From the NCBI RefSeq assembly GCF_001194135.2, contig NC_068982.1, forward strand, positions 114,704,823-114,768,822: a stretch of DNA of 64,000 nucleotides, written 5' to 3'. Every line of letters begins with the position of its first letter. The stretch's first letter is position 1. The notes beneath the pieces were generated by a model. That model ran no database searches. It was not told the DNA's origin and worked only from the letters and a program-made list of their open reading frames with translations. Positions 14,216 to 25,357 of this stretch are shown piece after piece. This stretch comes from Octopus bimaculoides. Taxonomy: Eukaryota. The position numbers were made by a program, and so were the translations under genes.

Positions 14216-14926
14216 CGGATCTTTCTGAATTGACGGACACCACTTGTTTTCTTAACGCAACACTTTCAAACTTGGGATACTGGTAGAATGTGTCATATAA
14301 AACATCTTTTTCTCTTAGCCTTCTCAACAAAAATGTATATATTGCAAGTTAGTTCATGTTAAAATTGTCGTATTTCTGTAATTTCAACCAATCACTGATG
14401 TCTGAATACAGTTACTGCTGTTTTTGTAAACAATAATTTTTGCCGGTGTCAAGATCGTTATTCCCTAGGGTTAGGGTTAGGGTTAGGGTTAGGGTTATGA
14501 GTTAGGTTATGGCAAAAATAATCATAACCCTAACCATAATCCTAAAACTAACCCTAACCCTAAAACCCTAAAGCTAAAACCAGTACAAATGCACGAACGA
14601 TGTTATAAATAACAGTACCGCTAATAGTTGTTGTTGACAAACAACGGCACTAATTTTATTCAAGGGAAAAGATCCCATTACACTGCACATCGTGTGGTGT
14701 TCACAATTCACAGCAGTAATTATTTTCACCTCCATTGACGTCAGTGATTGGTTGAAATTACCGAAATACGACAATTTTTTACATGAAATGACTTCGAATA
14801 AAAAAATTTTTTATCTGTTCTATAACACAAAATATACAAGTATACGAAGTTTGAAAGTGTTTCAGTACCAAAAACACTACATAAAACATAAATGAAAAGT
14901 GGTGCCCGTCAATTCAGAAAGATCCG
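14216..14926. mobile_element. MITE with long imperfect TIRs and internal telomeric repeats
   Basis: Termini CGGATCTTTCTGAATTGACGG(A/G)CACCACTT are inverted at both ends. 6-bp direct repeat TCTTGT at 14210-14215 and 14927-14932. The arms share further blocks over about 190 bp. The centre has (TTAGGG)n facing (TAACCC)n at 14464-14575. Confidence 0.8.
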
Positions 14927-17559
14927 TCTTGTCTTTAAAGCTAACTGGTGAAAGCAAGTCTTATCAGACCTCTTCGGCATTGTACAGTCTACCCAATTGA
15001 CAAGATTTCAATTAGCTGCTTTTACTGGAGTCAACCCCTTGCTTGTTTTCAGATTTTTAAACACTCCTAGCGAGAGGTTATGCATGAACAACCGATCGAA
15101 GTTTTTGACTTACTTTATTACATATATGAGACACCCACTCTATTCATACTTACTATACAGAATGTTTCCTTTGAGAAATTTCCCTCAGCCCTCTTATTTC
15201 TAATTAGGTATTTTACATTCAATACAAATATTCCGACACCAACCTATTTTTATGGAGTTTACATTGTTTAATCTATGAAGATACTTTCCATCTATGATCT
15301 CTATTTTATATGTTACGTCTCATTCTCTCCTAATCATTATATTTTGAAAACTTCTCATCTTCTTTCAAAACTGCCCTGGTCAAAAGAAATCGATATAATG
15401 ACTAATAAATACTGTTTCCTGATACTATCCTAAATTATAAAATCTAGAGATTTCCATAATTTCCCTATCAGTTTGTACAGGCATGTCCAAATGTATTTTT
15501 GTCTGTTCATTTTCAATAATACTTGTTGGTGAATATTTATATCATTCATCGTCTGCCCTGATATGATAGTATTTTCATATTGCCCAATTAATATATCTAC
15601 ATTATCTGTCATGCCTGTCTATGCATTCTGATTTGTATAAGAATGGATAATATAACCGACTGCATTTTAAGATTCGTTTCACGTTCTCTATGTTATATTT
15701 CTATCTTGCTTGCTTATATGTTTCATACAGTTTCTTATGTTTTCTTTTGGTCTTGTGATGTTCCGGTAATAAAACATTCTACTTCTCTGCCTTTAGATGA
15801 GAAATACTAAATCGTATCTTCCCAGTCGCATCCATTGTTAGATTTATTATTTTACTGTGACTAAAAATTTGGATAAATTATTTTGAGAGCTAATCTAGAA
15901 TTCAACATAGAACAGATTTATGTAATTAAGATAATTTAATCTTTATCTGTGTGCGATCTTTCTCGAAACGCAGAACTATTGGTTAATTTTCACTGGACAG
16001 CCAACCATCATCCGCTATCTTTCAGGCTAACCACCTCTTGGTGCTTGACCTTTTTTTTTCTTTTCAAAGGGAAACGATTGCGTTACTCAACCTATACAAC
16101 CAACCTTTCCTCCTACCACCAAGGACACCAACTCTTCTGAGATAAATCGATTTATCATTTTTGATATACATTGTATAGTATGTATCGTTTCCTTAATTTG
16201 AACTGTGGTAGATTGAATAAAGGATATTTTTTACTATCCGACGTAGACTTTCAAAATAGTTACACGCAGTTTTTGGATTTTGTAATTTTCTCTTCAATTT
16301 TTCATTTTTCTGAATTTCATTTCTTAACACTGTAAACAGGAGGTTGATCTGGTTCTACTTTAGACTGCAGAAAAGACTGCAGAGTAAGAGAGAGGGTAAA
16401 TGAATGAAATAGAGAGTCTAAGTATTGCCTAGCAGAAATGAACAACGTCCTACGCATCCGTCACAGAGCAAATATTAAAAAGGAAAAAAAAAACGAGAAA
16501 ATATCAGAAGAATGACGAATGCAAGCGTCTGTGAATCTCCAAATCAAACATCACAAAGGCAAGAAAATTACTGGAGAAATGCTAATACAAGAGAATGTTA
16601 AACTCCTGAGAAAGAAATAACTAAGTAAGAAACTGAAAGAAAATTCACTAACACAATGACGCTTCAAAAAAAAGAAACATGAAAGATGAGAAATTATTTC
16701 AATACAAAACAATTCATGAGTTTGAAATAGCAAGAATAGAAACTATTTAGGAAATATGGATGTTAAAATGTTCAAAATGTAATACAAAGATATAATGAAA
16801 GGAAAGGTTTCAAGCAACTCAGAAACAAATCGTAAATTCAATGTATGTTGTAGTAATAGAGGGAACTTGCAAAAACTAACACTTTTAAAATTCTTTTTCG
16901 TGTTTGCAATATTATATCTGAAACCAGTGCATTTGTAGTTAGGATGTTGTAAAATTCGAGGTTCTGAGAAAATTTTGACCAGTTTTCGTTTAGGTTGAAG
17001 TGTTTTATTATTAAATCCATATTATGTTTCTTTTTCAATAATATCCATTAATTTATGTCTGCTCCTAGCTGGTTGTTACCAATAATTTTAAACCATTTCC
17101 GTACAAGAAATGACGAACTTATTTCTCGTAGGCAGTGTAACTTCCTCCTGTCTGATTCCGCTATTTTCTTAGAATTGTTCGTGCAGAGAAATAGAAATAG
17201 TATAAATCACGCTGGATATATTCCTAATTGCAAAAGTTTTGATTTCAATTTTACTTCTTTTTTAATGATATTGCATTTTCCAGTTTTTCTTCGTTTAACT
17301 AACGTAACACTTCATTATTACAGCAACCTTATTTCCATGGAATATTCCCCATACCTAGGCCTGATACCATCAAATGTTTTATAGGTTATACAGTTATATA
17401 GTTTTGAAATTTTCCCTCTAGTTGATTTCAATATTAGTAGCTTGTTTGCTAGTTTCTTTTTTTTTGGGGGGGGGGGTATTCTGCGTCTATATATTCTCAT
17501 ATCTATATCTATATTCTATTTCTGTTGTTAGAGGTGTTATTATTGTTGAATGTCTCTGT

Positions 17560-17860
17560 CAACTAATGGCAGACTAAAGATACTAAATCAGCCAATCGAG
17601 CAATTTGTATATAGTGAATCGTCTCCCCGTGTGTAGTATATACTTTTGCGTAGGGAGAGTAGTTAAAAGGATGTAACTGTTTCAGGACAGTTATCTCAGA
17701 GAGTACGACGCTCGCTTAGCCAATACGGGAGACAATTCTCGTTACGTTTTGAAGGTTGTGGTCGTGAACGTAACATAGTCACCGTGAACGCGTTGTCTAA
17801 ATATTTAAAACTTGAAATTGTTTTACTGCACATTATCAATCAAGTGGCGAATTTGTTGAG
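17560..17860. promoter_or_regulatory. Promoter-like CpG-retaining patch with two CCAAT boxes
   Basis: AGCCAAT at 17590-17596 and 17718-17724, with locally high CpG in non-repeat sequence. No linked gene identified. Confidence 0.35.
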
Positions 17861-19689
17861 AGCTGTGTTAATGTTACACTGAAGATATCAAGTGAAGTGG
17901 TTCTCTTTTGTGTTGTTACCGTCGTTGTTATGTTTGTATTTCGTGGGTTGCTTTTCCTTTTTATTTTCAGATATTACTACCGTTAGTTATGCACTTAATA
18001 AAACATACTTTACAGGGAAGCATAGCATTGAATACTGTCTGTATTGTTTGTAACGCAATCAAAGTTTCACTCAATATTACCTATGAAATAACGTTTCTTA
18101 TAAAAGAGCCACATTTACTTTCTTTCTGACACTGTCTGCATGAGATGGCCTCAAAGAACTCAGCATGCTGACATTCCATTCAATGTTCTATCGATTCCTT
18201 AATAAATAGCAAGAAATTAATGCACTGCAATGAAATTTTGTAGACAGCCATAGGGTTGCATTTCTCAACAGATATTTATAAATGTTTCCTATTATATTTC
18301 AATTGCTAAATATGAATCTATAATTATTGTGTGTGCGTGTGTAGTTTCGGATAACTACCTATGTTTTATGATCATGTGAGTATGTGTCATTTTGTCTCCA
18401 TGAATATGATTTAATATTTCTTTGGGTATTTTTATATAATCGTGCGTAAAATTATGAGTGAATTTTTCTTCGTGTATGTACATACATGGTTCGGTCTTTA
18501 TACCTATCTACAATGCATGTATAAGTGTATTTTCATACATACTAGTACTTCACGTTTGTCTATTAGATAAGTTATGAGAAGAATTTGTCTGCTTTATTCC
18601 CATCTATTCAAAACTTCTTTAATATTCAATTTCTTTTGGCTGCTCGTCATACATAAAAGATATTTATATCTAGTTTTTTTTATAACTAAATATGATTCTT
18701 TTATATGATAGTTAGTAGAAATTCTGTGTATTAGGCGTCTGGTCGGGAGTCTCATGATAATTGTTTATATTAAACTGCCGTCATATGGTGGATTTGACAT
18801 ATAACATCCTCAGTAGATATGTTTTTAGGATAATACAAGATGTACATCATGATAATGTGTTTCTGTTCAAGCATTTACATGCATGTGTATGTTGCAATCT
18901 CTTGGAGTGCAGTTCGACTGCCTGTCTGTCAAAGTTGCGTTCTTGTAGTAGGATTGGACTGTTTTACAATCACACAGTTTGTAAGAAAGAACATTGATCC
19001 ATCGGCGTGGTGGGGGAATTACAGCAGTTTAAATGCAACATTAACAGCATCAATCTCATCGGTCTTGATGTGACTTCAAAAGTCATGAGCAGTTCCCCCT
19101 TCCTTTAGACCAAGCCAGTAAAAAATGAAAATCATTAATTCTTCGGAAATGGTGAGCACATTCTTTTATAGTTGATGACGGCGTTTTCCAGACCTTCAGA
19201 ATAAGTTGTTAGCAGACCAGAGTTTTGGCCCGAATGCTTGGAGCGTCATCATTTTTTTTTATTCTTAACGAATAGCAACTATATTTATAAATGTCATTTT
19301 ATCTAATTGCCATTTCTATCTGTTTAACTTCATTTTAAATCTGTTTTGTGCTTAAATATATTTCTGGAGGTCGTTCGCTGTTACCACTTCTGTGGATAGC
19401 ACTTCCTCTCGCTAAGCCAAAGGTGGCCATATTGAACTACAAATAAATGACGACAGATACATGTTTACTAAAATATATGCACGGAACAAGAATGTCTGAG
19501 GATTAATATGTCGTTTCGATCCCAAGTTAACGGATGTAGACTCTCAGATATTCAGATGTGATTCGTTCATAAAAAGAAACCAATGCTGTGTCATCCAATA
19601 ATCTTGGAAGAAAATATTTTCGATGCTGTGCTCAGTGAAACAGGGCCGTTCACAGGAAACGGCAATAACAATGTCAGCAACAATAATAA

Positions 19690-19890
19690 TAAGGCCAGCA
19701 GTTTTAGGAAGGAGGGGCTAGTCGGTTACATCGACTCCCAGGGTTCAACTGGTACTTATTTTATCGATTTCGAAAGGATGAAAGACAAAGTCGACCTCAG
19801 TGGAATGTGAATTTGGAATATAAAGAACCGAAAGAAATGCCGCTAAGCATTTTGTCAGACGTGTTAACGATTCTGCCAACTTACCGCCAT
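19690..19890 (-). mobile_element. SINE family A copy
   Basis: Reverse complement of the family A consensus (GGATGAAAGACAAAGTCGACCTC...GATTCTGCCAACTT). Confidence 0.8.
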
Positions 19891-21288
19891 AGTAATAGTA
19901 TATATATATATATATATATATATANNNNNNNNNNNNNNNNNNNNNNNNNNNNNNNNNNNNNNNNNNNNNNNNNNNNNNNNNNNNNNNNNNNNNNNNNNNN
20001 NNNNNNNNNNNNNNNNNNNNNNNNNNNNNNNNNNNNNNNNNNNNNNNNNNNNNNNNNNNNNNNNNNNNNNNNNNNNNNNNNNNNNNNNNNNNNNNNNNNN
20101 NNNNNNNNNNNNNNNNNNNNNNNNNNNNNNNNNNNNNNNNNNNNNNNNNNNNNNNNNNNNNNNNNNNNNNNNNNNNNNNNNNNNNNNNNNNNNNNNNNNN
20201 NNNNNNNNNNNNNNNNNNNNNNNNNNNNNNNNNNNNNNNNNNNNNNNNNNNNNNNNNNNNNNNNNNNNNNNNNNNNNNNNNNNNNNNNNNNNNNNNNNNN
20301 NNNNNNNNNNNNNNNNNNNNNNNNNNNNNNNNNNNNNNNNNNNNNNNNNNNNNNNNNNNNNNNNNNNNNNNNNNNNNNNNNNNNNNNNNNNNNNNNNNNN
20401 NNNNNNNNNNNNNNNNNNNNNNNNNNNNNNNNNNNNNNNNNNNNNNNNNNNNNNNNNNNNNNNNNNNNNNNNNNNNNNNNNNNNNNNNNNNNNNNNNNNN
20501 NNNNNNNNNNNNNNNNNNNNNNNNNNNNNNNNNNNNNNNNNNNNNNNNNNNNNNNNNNNNNNNNNNNNNNNNNNNNNNNNNNNNNNNNNNNNNNNNNNNN
20601 NNNNNNNNNNNNNNNNNNNNNNNNNNNNNNNNNNNNNNNNNNNNNNNNNNNNNNNNNNNNNNNNNNNNNNNNNNNNNNNNNNNNNNNNNNNNNNNNNNNN
20701 NNNNNNNNNNNNNNNNNNNNNNNNNNNNNNNNNNNNNNNNNNNNNNNNNNNNNNNNNNNNNNNNNNNNNNNNNNNNNNNNNNNNNNNNNNNNNNNNNNNN
20801 NNNNNNNNNNNNNNNNNNNNNNNNNNNNNNNNNNNNNNNNNNNNGTGGTGGTGGTGGTGGTGGTGGTGGTGGTGGTGGTGATATTAGTAGTAGTAGTAGT
20901 AGTAGTAGTAGTAGCAGTAGTAGTGTTACGGGAGTAATACTGCGGTAATTATGTTTAATGCTATACTGCAGTGGAACATTTAGCACTCTTCTATTTCTAT
21001 TCATAAATACACTGATATTACAAAATATTGTTAAAATATGTAATTAAAACAAATTGATTGACACATTCTTTTAATTAGTTTATCTAAAACTGACCTTCTA
21101 AACTATTGGCTCACCTCTGCTCAAACAATTGCCCGCCTAAGGAGAGGCAAAGTTGATGAGTGGATAAAGTAGAGTTTCTCAACGTTTTTGTTCCACGTCC
21201 AACAACGACTTTGTGAAAAAAGACATGCGCCCCACCATATACAGATTAAGTTAGTATTATAATATATAATGTAATATTTTGTGTGTGT

Positions 21289-21693
21289 AAGGCGGCGAGC
21301 TGGCAGAAATGTTAGCATGCAGGGCGAAATGCTTCGCGGTATTTCGTCTGCCGTTACGTTCTGAGTTCAAATTCCGCCGAGGTCGACTTTGCCTTTCATC
21401 CTTTCGGGGGTCGATAAATTGAGTACCAGTTACGCACTGGGGTCGATGTAATCGACTTAATCCGTTCGTCTGTTCTTGTTTGTTCCCTCTATGTTTAGCC
21501 CCTTGTGGGCAATAACGAAATAGGTATTTCGTCTGTCTTTATGTTCTGAATTCAAATTCCGCTGAGGTCGACTTTGCCTTTCATCCTTTCGGGGTCATAA
21601 ATTAAGTACCAGTTGTGTACTGGGGTCGATCTAATCGACTAGCCCTCTCTCCAAAAATTTTGGGTCTTGCGCCTAGAGTAGAAAAGAATATTT
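21289..21693 (+). mobile_element. Dimeric SINE family A (core duplicated)
   Basis: Head plus core, a linker, then a second TTCAAATTCCGC.GAGGTCGACTTTGCCTTTCATCCTTTCGGGG core and the usual tail. Confidence 0.8.
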
Positions 21694-21738
<45 letters not shown>

Positions 21739-22070
21739 ATATATCTAGTTTTTTTTTATTTGCAACTAATATGGAGAGTTTGTGTCCTCATGATTCAAGT
21801 TCCACACCAATGTAACCTTCAGGTGAGAACAGTGGCATAAAAGTCGAATCACGAAACAAACTCTCCATTTCAGTTTCCATTAAAAAAAAAAACATACGGT
21901 CTACAACATATACTGAATACTCTATCTCATTCGCACCACATAAACAAACGTACGTATAAGTTTGCATGTGTGCGCGCGAGTTCGTGTTTTTTAAATATTT
22001 TTATAAAGTTAGAAACATGCAAGTTATAAAAATTAATAATACAGGTTGATGATTAGTACTATTACCTGGT

Positions 22071-22110
22071 ATTTCAATATTTCATGTGTAGAACCCCTTC
22101 TTCAGGAAAT
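22071..22110 (-). ncRNA. Degenerate hammerhead ribozyme at the 3' end of the Penelope element
   Basis: AUUUC-CUGAAGA-A-gggguucuacacau-GAA-AUAU-U-GAAAU. Stem I perfect, palindromic AUAU, core intact, stem II decayed. Confidence 0.6.
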
Positions 22111-22965
22111 TAAACGAGAAAAGATGTTAATTGTTGATGTCTCTGCTCTGCAGCGTGTGTATGAAGCGCTGCTTTGCGTTGCTCTAGTATCCAATCAACT
22201 GCGTGCAATTCAGATCTGTTATTAATTCTCGGGCTGCACTTGTTAATTAAAATAGCTTCTTTTATTCTCAAATTTCCAATGTTTTTTTTTTCTGTGGCTT
22301 CAATAAAAACTTGGATGATTTGACTGTGGCATTTGCGTTGGTGCTTTTTGATGAAAGAAGTATTAAAATGGAAGTTTTCTCCAGCCCATATGTAAACTTG
22401 TCTGTTGATACTTCCGATGTAGAAATTATTACATTTGCTTCACGTGATCTATGCACCACGTTGAACTGCAGATATATTTTCATCTTTGATCAGGCAGTTA
22501 GAAAATGTGAATATGGTGTTGTTTTGTCTTTGCTCGTTGTTAGTTAGTGCGCTAGTCATGTATTCAATTGCTCTGTGCGGATCTCACAGCGGGTTTCAGC
22601 AGTTGTTTTTCACTAAAATGTAGCAGTTTCAGAAAACACATGTTATCCCCGGGTGCATAGGTTTTGTTAGATGGTCTGGTCATATCCTGGCGCTTAGTGA
22701 AAGAGTATGGATAGCCACAGTATAAAGTATATACATAGCCATAGTCCATCAGAACTTTTCGGAATTGTATAGTATTGGTGTTTTTGCTTCCTGCCTTGTT
22801 GCACATACTGCATATCCTGTGGATCTCATTTCTGATGTAGACCATCTTAGCTCTGGTGAGCAGGGATGAATTACAATGTACAAATAGGCTCCTATATGCC
22901 GCTTTCTGTAAAAGTTTGTGCAAATAGATCTGTTCCCTGTGATTTTGAATTCAAAATCAAGTATT
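22071..22965 (-). mobile_element. Decayed, 5'-truncated Penelope-like element (RT end + GIY-YIG endonuclease + hammerhead motif)
   Basis: Across frameshifts the minus strand reads LDFEFKITGNRSICTNFYRK / ...LFVHCNS...EIHRICSMC...FRKVLMDYGY (PLE RT C-terminus and thumb). It continues CSSTWCI / IT*SKCNNFYIGSINRQ...LRIKEAILINKCSPRINNRSEL (GIY-YIG). Confidence 0.8.
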
Positions 22966-24517
22966 AACCGGTATTAATGGGATGCTCCACCTCAAATTTT
23001 ATGAGTGAAAGAGACCCTGTGGTTCTCCATTTGGGGAACTTACATGTTCTAGAAGTATTATTCTTGCAAAATACTTAGGCTTAACGGCCTGCCAGGCAGC
23101 TCTGTCGCTTGACTTTTAGAGGCCCCCTGCAACTTTTTGTTTCGAGGCCTCATCCTTTCCATCAAAATTCATAATCTACGCACCTCTTATTCATAGCTAT
23201 ATTTTTTCTTTATTCTATCTGAAGTTCAATATTTTACGTTATCCTAAAGAACATCTTTAAAAGTACAACACGTTAAATTTATTTAGATCTATTACAAATT
23301 TCAATAAGTAAAACTTCCAGATATGAATAAAAGAGCACTTTTATAATCCAGACAATTTTCAAAGACAAACACGGCGCACATTTCGCTTCGCGAAATCATC
23401 GATCAGTTCAGAATAATGAAGCTGAGTGCTAAGTTCGTGTTCAATAGATATCATAGACAATCCACAAAGTCTGGTACATGTTCGTGGTACAACGTAATAT
23501 TTTTACAAGAACTTTTTCAGGTACAATGTATTACCATTTCATTTCTTGAAATTTTCAGTTAGCAGTTTAATTCTTGTTCAACATCTTAACCAAAGTAAAT
23601 TGATGACTCATCTCCGTAAATTGATGACTCATCTTAACATAGGACCCCTTAACCGCGGAGGACCCCTGCAACCGCAGGAGTTGCCGGGGCTTAGCGACGG
23701 CCAGGTAGTTTGCTAGCCAGCATCTTAAGGTGGAGTCGTGTACGATTTCTACGAATGAATGACGGGTAACGGAGACGAAATCTTTTCTAACGCCGATGGT
23801 AGTTAGAACGGTGTGTGTGAAAGGGCTTTTGCCGTTGAAGTCATATTATATTATTTGTGTTAGGTTTGTGTGCAGTAAAGTGATTGATATGTACTAACGT
23901 ATTCTTTGTGGCAGTCTTTGACAACAGAAATTATAATATATGTCGCTTACAGATTGCACGAAAATTACCATTCCTTAGCGTGTCATCCAGATTTATTATA
24001 TGATTATAATGAATGTCCCAGAGAGAGATTCAGGTAAAGGTGAAATCATTCTAACCCAGCCATCAAACAAATGAGATTGAGTTTATACAATCCGAAATAA
24101 TGTACGAGTTTTTTTGCTTTTCTTTTTTCTTTTTTTTTGCTTCATTTTTTGTGATTTTTGTATACGAAAGTGAATCTGCTTCAAGTAATACCAAGAAATT
24201 TCATTTCTATAATACACTGAATATTAAACAGAACATTGTTTAAACAATTGTGGTATGTTGATACTCGACTGTGGACATTAAATGATGTCAAGAGAAATAA
24301 CTCCACAAATATTTGCTCTAACGTGAGATTATTTTATGATAGTGTACAAGTAATAAACAGAGAATAGCAATTTTTTTATGTCAATGTCTTTGCATAAACT
24401 GGCGGAAGTACTGGTCTGAGACTGGAATTTCTAACATTCATGAATTAAAGATATAAAACTATAAACTCTATGGCGTGGCGTCATGTAATTGTTTCAATTC
24501 TTAAAGGGATTGTAACA

Positions 24518-24548
<31 letters not shown>

Positions 24549-24554
24549 GTGGCT

Positions 24555-25040
24555 CTGATGCAGTACCAGGCAGTGGTAATGCCCTGATGCAGTACCAAGC
24601 AGTGGTAATGCCCTGATGCAGTACCAGGCAGTGACTGTGCCCTGATGCAGTACCAGGCAGTGGTTCTCATGGCTTCTGATCTTAACTGATTGGAAGTGTT
24701 ATCATGTACATTGTTTTGTCTTTGTATAAAAGATGGGCTACAGCAAATACTATGCTCAACACTACAGATTTGCTTGTCAGCTGTTTGACCTTAACCAGTT
24801 GAGCATGTCCCTTTGTGGATGACGACATACGCATCTCTGATCACGAGCAGAAGTAGTGAGGGAGCATCATAGCCATGTGTTGAAAGGAATTCTTTGGGGT
24901 TTGGATAATTCACCTTTGGAAACATAGGTGCTTTGTTCAACATCCTTAAACAACCCTTATTCATGGACTTTTTGAGCGGGATGGGCTACTCGACCTGAAG
25001 AAAATTCTAACTGGGTCCCACCTGTAAGGTCATGTGCTGC
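24555..25040 (+). mobile_element. Interspersed repeat with a 29-bp tandem array at its head
   Basis: CTGATGCAGTACCAGGCAGTGGTAATGCC repeats start at 24555, 24584, 24613 and 24642. The last unit runs into a GC-richer body that I recall as a common octopus repeat (not verified). Confidence 0.55.
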
Positions 25041-25186
25041 TTATCTTGATATGAGCTAACTATGTCGCGCACATATGCTTGTGATGCATGTGCCTGGTGT
25101 ACTCTTATCAGATGGGTAGTCATGATGGGTATACTGGAATTCGTATAATTTACCCCAGTGTCACTTTGATGGCATGCACTCAATAA

Positions 25187-25357
<171 letters not shown>

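Noticed and set aside
14464-14575. Chromosome-fusion scar from head-to-head telomeric repeats
   Set aside because: The tract is internal to a TIR element with a TSD and recurs in a second copy.
24555-24663. CRISPR-like 29-30-bp repeats (also 32523-32627)
   Set aside because: Units are contiguous with no unique spacers, there are no cas genes, and the context is eukaryotic.
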